Shown piece by piece: positions 40,768 to 54,259 of a DNA stretch of 64,000 nt (position 1 is its first letter; every line of letters begins with the position of its first letter). The DNA lies in the NCBI RefSeq assembly GCF_001949145.1, contig NW_019091361.1, positions 2,176,919-2,240,918 on the forward strand, in the 5' to 3' direction. The DNA comes from Acanthaster planci (lineage: Eukaryota). Under the pieces are notes generated by a model. The model made no database searches. It was not told the origin of the DNA and saw only the letters and a program-made list of their open reading frames with translations. A program made the translations under genes and the position numbers.

Positions 40768-41447
40768 AATGCTTGAAACAATGTACTTACCCAAATTTGG
40801 AAGCACTATTTTTCATCGGTTTCAGAATCCACAGTTAGCCCCAAATCAATTATTTACATAATGTCTGTTACAAAATGTCTTTACTTTGTTCATATAAGTT
40901 GTTAAAAAATCCTACATTGGTGTGTTATATAGAAAGTCACAAAGTCTTCTGCGATTGAAGATATAGTCTACTAAGTTTTCTTCGAAGTGTCTCGTTTTCC
41001 AGACATTCCAAAACATCGAGTGTCCTTTTTCTATAGTCTTTCTTAGTTGCGAAATGTCACGTGTATGAAGAGCTCCCTGAAAATGTTCATGGTTTTTTTG
41101 TATTTTTTGATTACACGATGATTCGTGGCTCTCTTCTTTAAAATGGAAATTAATATAGTTATGGTATGTAAGTGTATATATATTTTTTATATGTCTAATC
41201 AGATTTTTATTTTTAATAATAAATCTTTAATTCATAATGCAAACTTTCGATGGAGAGGAAAACGATAAAAAGTTGTGGCTCAAGTTAAAATTAGAAAAGT
41301 TTACAGAGAATTGCTATACAGCATTAATTCAATTACTGCCCAAAATATATACGACAAAATACCAGAAGATGAATTTTTGTTGTGATGCAATTTTTTTTGG
41401 GGGGGTGGTGAATTCTTTTTGTTTTGTATTTCTATTCTAATCGCCTG

Positions 41448-44400
41448 TTACCGCGTGCCTTTGGTTTTACCGACACGCCTCGGACTGACGAACTTTTCAC
41501 ACAACTGGTTGAGTTCCTTCAAGATTGTCTTCAGCTCTGGTCTCCGGTTCGGTTCCTCGAACACACACCTGTCTCCTATCGTCTTGAAACCAGACAGGAG
41601 TCGGTTCTCTTTAGCGATGTCTTGCAACACAATCCCAAGACTGTAGATGTCTGACTTCACGTTGTACCTGCTCCTACCCTCCACAATTTCTGGCGCCAAC
41701 TGAGTGCAGTTTTTGAAGGCGAACATCATTTGTACGAAGGTCAAGATCTTGGGTGGCGGTGGGCTCTTGATTCGCGAGGCTTTCCCTAAATCAATGATCT
41801 TGCCCTCCCAGGTTGCAGTTAGTTTCTTGGGATCTCGCCAGACCATTATGTTGCCAACGTGGAGATCGTTATGCGTCCAACCAGCTCGATGAAACGTGTC
41901 GAGTCCTTCAGTGACGTCAATGCAGATTCTCACCCAATCCAGAGGCAGCAGACGAGGACCCCTAGAATTCCTGTAGAGCAATTTGAAGGCACTCCAAGAC
42001 TTCATCGTGCGGCTATTCCCGACGAACTCCTGACCGAAGGAATAGAGGTCAAGTACTCCCAGGAACTTGGGGAAGACTCTGCAAGATTTCACTGCCTCCA
42101 TGGCTCGTATTTCTCGCAACATTTCCTGGGTTCGTTTGTCTTGGCTTTGGCACCCTCCAAATTGTGTTAGTCGTTTAACGGCCATGAGAGTGCCATCCAT
42201 GTGAGATCTCATGAGGTAGACGTTTCCATAATCCCCACAGCCAAGTTTGATGGGAGTTCCTTTCTTAGTCTCCACAGGCTGGACATCTTTCTCGTCAATG
42301 ATGGGAAGGCCTAAAGCTTGTAGGTCCTTGGAGCTGGTAGCTTTGGGCTGGGCTGGAGATCCTTGCTTCTGAACGGACTTCCGGAATGTCCTTTTGTTAA
42401 TAGCAGGGCAAGGGGATGGTGCCTTTGATTTTGATGGCTTAGTAGAGGGCTGCGGTGTTGGAATCGCACTCTTCCCAGATGGGACCTTAGGGGTTGATGG
42501 CAGAGCTAGTTGAGGAACATAGGAGGGGGTCACTTTTGCCACTTGGGTTGCCTGACTTGAGGCACCATTTTGAGGAGAACACCCTCCATTTCCACTGACA
42601 CATGTCTTGGTCTTGTTGACGTGCCCATGCACTGCCTGACGTTGCTGGTTGTGCTGAGAAGTGCTGCTAACCTGCTGTTTCCTGCATTGTACGACAAGTG
42701 GTAGTGAAACAAGACTAGTTAAGTTTGATGTCTTTTTCTGGACATCTCTCAAACTTCAGCCAGTATGAGTTAGCCTTATATACATTCAGCCATACCTTTT
42801 CTTTGCTCCTTTGATCAAGATCTTCAACCGGCCCAGCAATACCTCGGCTCTATCTGCATTTTCTTCTATTTCCTGCAGGTATAATGCAAGGGACCGAATG
42901 AGGCGCGAGGTAGTAAAGAGACGAGAAACGCTGAGGCAAGGGTGGGATGATGAGATTTTGAATTAATGCGAGAAAGGGTTATTGTATACAAAAATGAGAA
43001 ATCCAGACATTCAAAACTGGCATGATTCAGACTGATACAGATTACAACCGAATGCGTGACGGACCTAAACAAACCATGTAAGGCACCAAAATAGACAGTA
43101 AAGGTGCAAATATTTAAGATAGTCATTGTCAAACCTCAGCCTAACAGAGGCATGAATTTATCAACTCGCAGAAGCTCAGCGCAAGTCATGAACGATTTCA
43201 AAAGAGTCGACGTATTTTGAGTCAAGTCAACTCAATTGTGTTTTTTTTAAAAAATAAGTTCGCCATGTGACTCACCTTTTTCTCGTTACTAGTATATATC
43301 GAGGTGTTGCTGGTTAAGTCTTTGAGGGTTTGCAGATCTACCCTCCTCTTAATATAGGCGGTGATCTCCTGAATTCGGCGCTGTCTTGCACCAGGTGACA
43401 GTGTTCGCATCTCGTCTGCCAAGACGTCTGGAGTGACGTCCAACTAAAACAGATTACAGAGAGTGTAGCGTTAGTGAGAGCGTGATGCTATCATAATGAT
43501 TCTGACTAAATCAAACATTACTTGGAAAATGACGAGCAATATAATAAACTCACAACGTTCCTGCTATCTGGAGGTGAAACAATGGATGTGCCTGACTGAG
43601 GTGATGATGCCAACGATGGGAGCTTGTGACTATTTATCCGTGAGTTCTTCAATGCACGTGGTAATGTTCCTCCAGTGAGATCAGGTTGAGCAACTTCGAA
43701 GCTCCTGGGGTTAGTTTTGCCTAGTGATGATAAAGCGGACATCATCTCCTCTCCTGCTGATTTTGGAGGCTCGCCTTGGGAAGATGTCCCAGGTGATGCC
43801 TCCTTGACTAGTAGAGAAGCACTGACTAAACTGGTAGTTGGACTTTCACATCTGCTCGATGAAATCCGGTCCAAGGAACTCTCCTCTTTGTCAGGTGATG
43901 CTTCTGGGAGCTGCTTAGACGCGACTCTAATAACGTCTGGACAGCACAACGGTTGTTCTGTCTGAATCTCCTCAGAAGAGTCAGGAGAGGAATCTTCCTG
44001 TCCAGGTGGGCAGGTCTGGCATTTTTGCTGGCTGCTGTCTGCGTCATTTCTATCCCTGTGCTCGTTCCTAGAGGCAAGAGCAAAAGGAAAAACTGAATCC
44101 AAGACGACGTCCTTGATGGACGACAACCTGAAAGTGAAAGATTTTAAGACATCCCAATCACCCATCAATCTCAATCCGTATCTTCATTCTTAAAACATCT
44201 TTTAGCAACTTGTGATGGGTTTGTGAAGTTTTTGCGCTTTTCTTTGGTTTTGTTTACTTATTTTGTTTTTACTTGTACATATTATATTTTAAAAGACATT
44301 ACAAATAAAATTTAAACCATCCATACCTTTGCAGAGTAGTTTTGAGTTTCACAGTAGTGTATTTTCCTATGTCCTGGCGGTGGCTAAATGCATCGCCGTT

Positions 44401-46277
44401 TGTGTATGCATTTTTAAGACTTGTGAGAGTATCAGGGGCGTGGTCGCCGTTTCTCGAAGTCACTTTCAACAAACCGGGGCCATCACGGGGAGCTGATGGA
44501 GGGGTATGTTCCCTGTCGGAAAATCCATTCAATGGTACCACTTTGCGGTGGCGATATCTTCGTAAAAACTTCAAAAACCCCAAGTGGTCCCTGTGTACAA
44601 AAAAGTGAACGAAGAGCACAATTGGATTTCCAACTTCAGTTTTCGTTTGTGCGACGAATTACATTTTGTAAGGTGCAGATACGGTTCAATGAATCTTGAT
44701 CTGAAAAGTGGAAAAATTGTTTCTAACAGTACCTGATGTGGGATTTCTTGGCTTCCCAGGTCTTATCCCCAGGTCTGAGTCCATCAGGGTCTTCGTTGTC
44801 TCCTCTGGGGATCGAAGGAGTTCCCTGAGATCCATTGTTGGTATCCAACGAAGATTCGTTGTTTGGATCATGGAGTGAGACTGGTGCCACTTTGGGACCA
44901 CTCCGTAGCCTGAAAATTATCGTACAAGGTGCCGGTACAAACATTAGTTTTGTGAAGAAGTGGGCGTGCCTATGTATTCCCCCCTGTTGATTGGCTATTT
45001 ATATTGACCCTTGAGCAAGCGGTCACTAGAGGAGGTTTCAACCATCCGACATTCAAGTCGATTCTATTGCGTATACCGCTCTGTTGGTTGTGTTTTTCTG
45101 CCCAGTTATCAAAGTAGTTGTTCCGTGAAATGTAAATTTGGATTATATCACCATGGACTTCAAGACACAAATGTACGCCTACCCTCACCTTTCGTACCAA
45201 GATAAATTAGCTAAATCATGGCAGGCGTGCATTGTCTAAGAACGGAAGCTACATAAAATCACAAAATTCGTTTTTAATACCTCCTCATGAACCTAGTTGC
45301 GAAGGATTCTCCTTCCCCTCGCTTGAACGGGAAAGTATCTCCGCGACCATCCAGGTCGGGTGGCACTTGTCTCCTCGCCATGGTCTCTCTAACCCAGCCC
45401 GTGGATCCGTCTAGCTCCCCGTCAGGGGAAGCAGATGAGGCCCCGTAGGGTTTATTTTTGGTACACTGGACGATCGGATGTTCGGGTGACAAGCGAGAAG
45501 AGTATTTTGGGAGAACAGGGGGAACAGGCGGCGCAACCCTGCGACCGCTCAGCATTCTGGTAAAATATTTCACAAGGGAATCCATAAATAGGTTAGAGTC
45601 ACGGACACAATGTTGTTTAAAATGTTTTAAATTTTTACATGTTATTTCACAAACTTCTTCTTGTATTACAGACTAATTCCGAAAGCTTACAAGACGTGTA
45701 TACATTTCTATGCATTCAAGTTACATGTACACGTTTTATGATGTTCATGACCTTGTACAGGATTCTCCTAATATCGTACTTAATTTCCTTAAAGCCATAT
45801 CTCCCTGTTGAAACTTAACAGTACAAATTGTCGGGCGTCTTCCGACTGTCAGACAGTCTGACACTCGTACATGACGAGGGGCAGCAGACGCCCGAAAATT
45901 TGTACTACTAAGTTTCAACAGGGAGATATGGCTTTTAAGGAAATTAAGTATGTTATCAAGTTACATGTATAATGCGTTAATTGTGTTTATGCAAGCAACA
46001 AATCTTGTTTGATGTGTACCAAAAGGACCCACGCCTAAGATGGCAGCCTGTGGGGTGACGGACCAAGGAGGGAGTTGTTCGCGTTTGTGAAATTGAAAAT
46101 AACCACAATCTTTTTCTGTATCTTTTATAATAATCACTGCAGCTACGACAAGATCGTTCAAAAGTAAAGATTTCAACAGTACACGTTCTCGCCAATCTCT
46201 CCCTCCCTCTTTCTCCTCTCTCTCGTTAAGACTTACCGGAATTTAGCGGAGGCGAATTCCGTAGCAAATCGAAACAT
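41448..46277 (-). CDS. Divergent protein kinase with long low-complexity N-terminus, 8 exons, about 936 aa
   Basis: Exons 46237-46277, 45281-45556, 44733-44909, 44327-44590, 43554-44127, 43276-43443, 42796-42872, 41448-42681; all GT-AG and phase-compatible (2811 nt). Kinase motifs LGCGDYGNVY, AVKRL, EIRAM, HNDLHVGN, IDLG, LAPE and SDIYSLG. The kinase exon is secure; the upstream exons are predicted. Confidence 0.82.
45777..45950. mobile_element. Hairpin MITE with TA ends (Tc1/mariner-like) in kinase intron 1
   Basis: About 64-bp imperfect arms tacttaatttccttaaagccatatctccctgttgaaactta and taagtttcaacagggagatatggcttttaaggaaattaagta. Confidence 0.75.
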
Positions 46278-46542
46278 CTTGATGATGAAAAGCTGCAAGC
46301 TTTGATAACTTTCCGAAATAATCAAATAATCTGAAGCAGGAGGAAATACTCCGAAGCACACTTTCTGTGTTAACTCAACGAGAGCAAAACGTAATCTGAT
46401 TTGTTGACTGTGTACATTGGTTACAAATCCACAGTGATTGTTGGTAAGATTAATTCTCGCGCGTCTGTAACTGTGTGTGACGAACAGAGACGTTAAACGC
46501 GCGCGTAATAACCCGTTGCTCTCTATCTGGTTCGTAAGTGTG

Positions 46543-46838
46543 ACGTCACTTCAGTTTAAACCACACCCACTGCACATGCACTACACATAGAGATACATGT
46601 ACTGATCGTCGTAATCATGGAACCGGAAGTTAACGCGCAACTTCAGCGATCGTCCAATGGGAGCCTGAAAATCGTGGTGCGTCCGCCTTTGTGACGAAGT
46701 CACTTACGAACCGGATCCGATTCGTAAGTGACTTCGTCATACATGCGGACGCACCATTGACTGCACACAAGTTGCGCGGTAACTTCCTGTTCCATGTAAT
46801 CATGTGCGCAGTGGGTGTGGTTTAAACTGAAGTGATGT
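46543..46838. repeat. Nested three-tier inverted repeat upstream of the kinase gene
   Basis: Outer arms 46543-46578 and 46801-46838; middle arms 46616-46643 and 46769-46796, flanked by a TAAT direct repeat; central hairpin 46675-46756. Confidence 0.85.
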
Positions 46839-48994
46839 GTATCCATTGATCTCCATTATAATGGAGCGCGCACGTTGGACCGCGCACGTACTGGTTTACT
46901 GAACTGCTTTTATTGGATGCCGTGACGCGTGGTCTACGACAGTGTGAAAGTAGACCCATCATCAGCCAGGCCATGTCGCCATTCCACAAAAGAACCTTCT
47001 TACACTGTTACGTCATTGAGACACCCAACCGGAAGGCAGGGTAGAGTTCAACCGGAACTTACCCCTCCCTCCGAAATTCGGGAAAGAATATAACGGAGTG
47101 ATTAACAAAGTAAACATTTTGCCCGCTGCCTTAGTCTCCGCCTACCCCCCCCCCGAGAATCCCGGCTGGGCAGCTGCTAAAAGTCACGATGAAAAAAAGA
47201 GTGAATTTCAGCTTGTGCAAGCTTTGCGCAGTGTTTTTAGTTTGGAACTAATGCATGGGAAGCCAAAAAAGGAGGAAACCACAGCTAATAAGAAAAAGTT
47301 CCATGCCCGTATTAAATTTCTTTGTATTATAAGAGAAATACAAATGTGGATGGGGATATCAAATCTCTCGACTCAGAAACCTGCAGTCTGGCTTTAGACG
47401 CCTCCAGGCTGATAGAATTTCTATGGGCCATAATAAATAAGGAGTCTCACATCAGGCAGGATTCCCACCATTTTGTGAAATGTGATCTTTAATATTTTTC
47501 GCTTTTTGACAAAAACAAAAGGCTCAAGATAAAAAAATTTAGAAAAACCAAAATTCACTGTTAATGTTTTGCCGCTTTTAAACGAGCTAGATTTTCTCTG
47601 GCTTTATAAGCAGGAAAGTGACAGTGAATTTTTTCTGTTCCTCGTTTTCCTCTTTCAAGTGATTATTTGGTACATTGGTCTCTTAATTGTCGATGTGAAT
47701 TTAATTCGCAAGTTGCCTCGAATGATGGATGTCAAACACATCAAAACGGCTTTTAACTTAATTGTAATAAATTATATCTATAAAACGGAGCAACTATAAC
47801 AATTTACGGCCTTTAAAAAGGTGCACATACATGCTTCCAACTTTCACTCTTCGCGTATTGCACATTTGCTATTTAAGGATTTAATTTACTTTACTATTAC
47901 GGAAAAATGTTGGACACAAAGGGTTACACTTACCGTCGATGGCTTTTCAATTTGAAACACACAATTCACAAGAGTGCACTTTTCTTTTACAATACTGCAT
48001 ATTTTTACGCATCTTTCAAACATGAGGAAAAACGGTGACCTCTAAATTCTAATAATGGCAAAAGAAATTTGTAACTTTGCAATTTTTTGTAGGGGGGGGG
48101 CAATAAGGTGAGGTATCACAATTCAATATCTAGCACACAACATCTATTTCTTGGTTATTTGGTTCAATTTGTCTTAAGATATTTGGGGGGGGGGCATCTG
48201 CCTGGAGGCTCCTCCCCAGCCACTAGTGCTCCACTGGTCTCCAATAGAGATGTGGCCTTACTGAATGACATGAGGCCACTGTTTGGGCATGGAGGAAGGA
48301 CACAGAAGGAGCTACAACGCTGGCACATCAAAGTGCTCGATGATCATCGCCGCCCGGTCAGACAAACAATAGCAAACATTCCAAAAATGGCCGACTATTG
48401 CCTGCAGTTCAGCCGGACCAGTGGGGCCAGTAATATCCTTGCAATATTTGTGGAGTTTTCTTTGCAATTAACTGCAACTTGTCGCAGTGACCAGGAAATA
48501 GAAAAAAATCTAGCATTAGATTTACTTTTGCCGTCATGAATAATTTCTTTTAAAGATTTTGATGCACTTTTCCATTATCCATGAAATGTTTGTAATTTTA
48601 TTTTGTCACTCCAAAACACCAGTTTTCAAAGTCTTTCTACGTGGTCAAGACTCTTGACCACCACAGGACAGTTAAGTTCACGAAAAACAAAATGCGCTGT
48701 TTCATCGCAAGGAGTGATCATGAATTCTCATAAAATACCTTTTCGTGTAAATTCAGTGATAAAAATGATTCAAATAAAACACAAGATCTTATAAATAACT
48801 GGGCTTTTTATTCCCAAAATTAGTCCAGAAGAAAGCGTTCGGTAAGGGCAAAATCTGCACATGAACACTTACGGCACACAGCCTAATACAAGCGACTGCG
48901 CAAGCATTAAATTTGATGTAGTTGTCAGATCATACCAGGCACCAACGATGGCATGAATATTCAACTTCCTATACTGCAGTACACAACATTTTAA

Positions 48995-49170
48995 GGGTGC
49001 AGATTACCAGCGAAAAAATGCGGCGAAATGGGGTAAAAAGGGGGCTTATGGTTGTGAAATGCGTGGCAAGCATTCGCATGCGCTCTGGCTAGGACATACC
49101 GGACATGCCAGAAAGCGGTAATTGGCCAGATGTTGTAGCCCGGGCAGTTCAAACTCCTTCTGTGCCCTTC
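48995..49170. repeat. Dispersed repeat, copy 2
   Basis: Homologous to 17255-17440, same orientation. Confidence 0.75.
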
Positions 49171-51867
49171 ATGGTTTGGGCCAGTGTGCACTACTGTTGA
49201 GCCTTATCTGAAAGTCACGGCTGCAGCTGCAAACAACACACATACACATACATGTACCTATGAAAGCCAGTCAAGCCACTACAGCTTGCGGCCGCTTCCC
49301 AATGATACATGAATTTCTCACAGCTTTAGCAGGTTGATTCAGGTCTTCCTGTGGCTGAGGATTACCATGGAGGCCAAGGACGACACTTACAATTCTTTCA
49401 CAATCTTCACAAAACAACATGTATTTTTGTTAATTCCTTGCACGACTGGGGTGTCCTTTTGAAGCCACCATAATAAAGTGCACCTGAGTAATTCTGTGTA
49501 GCCATTGGTCACATAAGGTACATGAAGCCAGCATGATCACAAAATTCACGACTGTTCAAATAACTGCTCTCATGAATACACTTTGGTTATATAGAGTCAC
49601 GAATACCACACAGTGTACAGTGCCAGAATGCAGACAGAATGTATATACACAGTGCATGGACATTCTAGTATTGACAATGCTCACAATATGCACGAGAATG
49701 GATCAAAATACACTATGTAAGGAATGGAACTGTCCATTGGTAGGGCCAGGATCACTATGTACCGGTAACTGGCATTCAAAATGAGCTGTAACCCTTTCCA
49801 CACTAGGTTCAACTCTTCAACAGTTGTAATTAGCGATGCATCATGATTGACGTCTCACCCTGTCTGAAGAAGTATTTGTAGTGGCAATGGTTTCCCTTTG
49901 TGTGACATGGTGCATAGCCCTACCCAAGGACAGCAAGGCCTGTTTTACACAGGCACTTACAGAAAATAAGGCAGACTGAGGAGATATGACAGATGGATGT
50001 CATATGTACAAAACCCAGTTTGTGAAATAAGTATATGTAGTCCTCGCAGGCAGAGCTAGCCAGTAAAAATTAAGACAAACATCTAGCAGTCATCCTGAAG
50101 TACGTACATACAAATTGTCCGACTTTTTAGACCTCATCCAACTGTGAATACATGACACATGCAGTGGCTTCACACCCCTCTGCCCCCTCTGCCTTTGTAC
50201 GCATACATACTCCATAATGCCATTTAACTCATCAACTCATCAGACCAATGTCATCGGGTAATGGTTACATGGCAAAAGGTGACGCGTTTTAATTGAAAGA
50301 TTCACATGGCTACGCTCTATTTTGTAATTTTTGCCACTCAGTGTATACATTTGGACCTCCCTTCCCTGTGGGTGTACGCAATGTTAACAAGCCTCCCTCC
50401 CCCCATTTGTACCTTACGGATGGCCCCTTAGATGACCCCTGGAGTCTGACAATAGTTTACTGATTACACTTTCTTCTCTAGGAAGTTGCAGTGGAGGGAA
50501 GTATTTTCAATCCTCCCACCTTTCCATTGTTATTGCCGCTACTTTTTGGATTTGTACCGTAGTGGTGTACATGTGAACCAATTGTCCACCCCAGTCAGGC
50601 ACCATTTTCCTGCAGAGGTCTGAAGGCATACACAACACTTGACAGGCGAGGACGCACCACAAACTGTACTGCTTCATCAAAGGCAAGGAAAAATGTCAAG
50701 AGCTTTCACCTTCCTCAGAGGTTCCTTGACATCCAGATTTGCATGTTCCAGAGGGCGTACTTGCAATTATTACATAGGGAGAATGAGGAACTTCTACTAT
50801 GGGACAACCTCACTTTTGAAAACACTGAGAAGGAACTTCCTGTGAAAGGCCAAGGTACTACTTAATCCTTTATAATTACTCCACCCTCCAATTACAGGAA
50901 TGCCTGAGAAGGTTCATAGAGAACATAAAGTTTGTGGCTTTGCAGTATCTGTAATTTTTTCCAACTCAACAAATGGTTATGCTACACGTAGATAGCACTT
51001 GGTCCCAAATCCGCAACTGTGGACAGTACAAAAACCTCATGCTAGCCTAGACATCCTCCCTTTCCAACTGTTCCCAACATCAGCAATGATGCATACAAAC
51101 TCAGCATCACGCGCAGAAGCAGAGGATATGGCCAAACAATGGTGGTGCTATCTGCAAATTTGTGACAGCTGGTATACTTCACTCTCCGGTAAAAACCCAT
51201 TCAGCGTTCCAACTATGCTTGTGTATATGAAGATTTACCAGTTTCAAGGATGTGCACAGTTAGAACACCTAACTTGTTCTGAACACAAGTAAGGAAAGAT
51301 TTGGAATGGAATGGTAAGAACAATTTCTCAGGAGATAGAGGAAGTTTTCCACTCCATGAGGCCGAGAGAATGAAAGGTATCGTCTGTCACCAAATGAAAT
51401 TATTCTTTCCATTTCATGAATGCAAAACATTCACTGCTTGACATAAAATGTGAATAAATTCTGGCATCACTTGAACAAAACCTCCCCCCAAAATCCCTAC
51501 TAGAATAAATCTTTTCAGTTCAGATATCTGTCCATCAGTTAAAAGAGAAATAGTGTTTCACATTATCTTCTAACGATAGGTGAAGACCCATGCTACAGCA
51601 CCACCAACAGCATGACCACACAAATTGAGAAATAGAACTTTTATTGATCCATTTACATTCAACATGGACTGTCTATTTTTTGCAGTGCGGCACACAGTGC
51701 AATAGGACAGTTCAATGACAGGTGATTAATGATCCACCAATCAGATGACGGAGTTATTCAGACACTTTATAAATGTTATCATCTGGGGTCATGCCATCCC
51801 ACGGTGCCCCCAAATTTCATCTGTGGCACTGCTAAATAACTTATTACCCGACCATAACCCCAAAGGG

Positions 51868-54259
51868 TCAAACTTTAACAAATGTCGCAACCTCATCAAT
51901 TCCGACAGGATAGTCTTTCAGCCACATTCCCCCAGCGAGGATGGTCTGTTTTCCCAGTTCTTCTTTCCAGTTCCCAGCGGGAAGGTAGATGTCACGTGCC
52001 CGGGCATGCTGGGTCAAGACTGGCGCCACCAAGTACGCACTGCCGATCAGGAACTGGGAATCAATGTGCTGGGCAACTTTGTCCGTCGGGGCAATCCACC
52101 AGATAGGCCTGATAACTGGGTAGCCTGTGATAAATTAAATCAAAAGAAATAACTTCCGATTGTTGATGAAATATTAAAAAAAAAACACAAAAAGACTTGA
52201 ACCTTCAACCAAATGGGTTTTCATCACAATGTTTACGTTTTCCTCTGAATACCCAAAGACCTGGGGAGTATATTTGGTGCTCATCTGTACAAAATGCCTT
52301 GTAAGTTTCATAACCTAGACAACATGAGAGCAGATTTTCTGTACCAAGTGTTATAAGCCTTGAAAATACATGTAGCAAATAAATGATCTCACCTTTTGTA
52401 ATGACCTCGCTGGAAAAATTGAAAATCATTGGAGTCACGACGTCCTCGTGAATTTTGACCATTTTATGTGCGATTCGAATGACCTCTTCGTCGTACTGCC
52501 ACGGCGCGACAGAAAACTGCATGGAGGGGAGGTAGGCCATCAGCTCCACCCATCTGATGTACAGCTCACGGTTTGGATGGTTGACATCGACGGAATATAC
52601 GTTGGTGCTGACATAACCAGGGAGGATGAAGGGATAACCAAGAATACCCATAAGGAGGGCAGTTGGGATCACGGTCAGCAGCCCGTTGTTGTAGTTCCAG
52701 TTGGCGTCTCTATCCACCATCCTCACAAATACTGGCTGGTGCTGGGTCTGGTGCCCACAGCGGACATTAATCTGTTGATTGATGGTGGAAACCAGTTCCA
52801 CGTACTGGGTGCAGTACAGGTTAGGATCGTTGAACGGAACAGTCGCATTGTAGATGAAGGGGATGTAGGAAACCTCACCGGCGTCGAATCTGAAGGAGTC
52901 CAGGCCGTAGTCCGTCTGCATCTTCCTCAGCAGGCCAATGTACCAGTTGGCAGCACCCTCGTCAGAGACGTCTAGTATTGCACCAATGCCATTCCACCAT
53001 TTGATCAAAGCAGGCACGCGACCGCTGGGTTCCCGCATCCAGTAGTTGTGTGATATCCCCTTGCGAAACGTTGGGGAATCAATGTTGGCAAACGGGTGAG
53101 TCCAGGCAGATACGCGAAAGCCTTTATCATGAAGATCTTCTATCATCTCTCTTGCGTTGGGGAATTTTGTCTGCGTGAAGTCTACATCTCCGTAATGTAA
53201 TGTGTACTTGTCGTCAATCTCGATGTGACTGTTCGGGAATCCATGGTGGTTGATCTCGTCAGCGTATTCAATCACAGCTGACTGGTTGATGTTGACATGA
53301 TATCGTGCCCCTGTTGACCATATCGGCCATCTGAACATGCGCTCGTCCGGCAAACCAGGAGGTCTGCTGAAGTAATTTTGCAGAATATATTCATGCACTT
53401 TCCTGACGTCCTCTCCCATGCACACCGTGTATTTCAGAGATGCATGCTTGTTGGTTGGGTTCTGATAGGGTGAGTTGAAATATTCAGCTTTAAAGCACAA
53501 TTCCCGGTTTGTCTGTTTCTCATTGATGGACACATGAAGAGGGGTGTCTCTCTCAACAAATACCGCAACACCTCTGGACGACAACCAGTAACGTTCCAAC
53601 ACAGATCCAAATGCATTCCTTTCAGAGACGATGTCCCCCGATACATAGGGTTGCATGGAAATTCTAAGCTTTTCCAGCACCCAGTGCTGTGAATGTACAA
53701 TACTTCCCCCGTACCAATGTGAATCGTTCAGTGAGATACAGTCTAGCGGGGCAAAGTTCAACCGCAAGGCTGTCCAATCAACATTGATGCATTTGATATT
53801 GTTCTTAAGCACGACATACTCAATGTCCATTTCTGCCAGGGGTGACTCATCCTGAAGCGTCACATTAATCCAAGTCAAGCAAAGCGAGTTGAGGCTGTCA
53901 GCCTCCTTTGTGCAGTCCTGAAGCTCCGCCCCCTCTGGGAGATTCATCCCAACTTTATCCCTGAACACTGTCTGTCCCTCAGCATCACTCAAAATCACCA
54001 CTCGCCCCTGGGGGTCAAAGGACATGGGACCAATGGCCACAAATGACATGCGGCCATGTTGGGTGACATAGTACCAGGCAAGCAGTGCAAATATAAGCAC
54101 TGCCACAAAAAAAGCCATGAGACCATGCCTGGTCTTTTTACGGAGGTAGCAAGGACCACGGGACAAGGGTTTATCAACGCTTGGCGTTTTTCTGCTAGCC
54201 GAGAGGGGCGTGCTATTGAGCGGACCAGGCGAGTCCTCGTATGAATATTTGCTATGCAT
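51868..54259 (-). CDS. MYORG-like: Myogenesis-regulating glycosidase-like GH31 type II membrane protein, 2 coding exons, about 707 aa
   Basis: Exons 52393-54259 and 51868-52124 (phase 1, GT-AG). N-terminal TM helix; motifs HWYGG, ERYWLSS, PIWST, EIDD, FDAGE, VDRD, RPIWW, QFLIG, VAPV and DIYLPAG.W. Confidence 0.92.

Noticed and set aside
52448..52975. 175-aa plus-strand ORF
   Set aside because: Antisense shadow of the MYORG-like exon.
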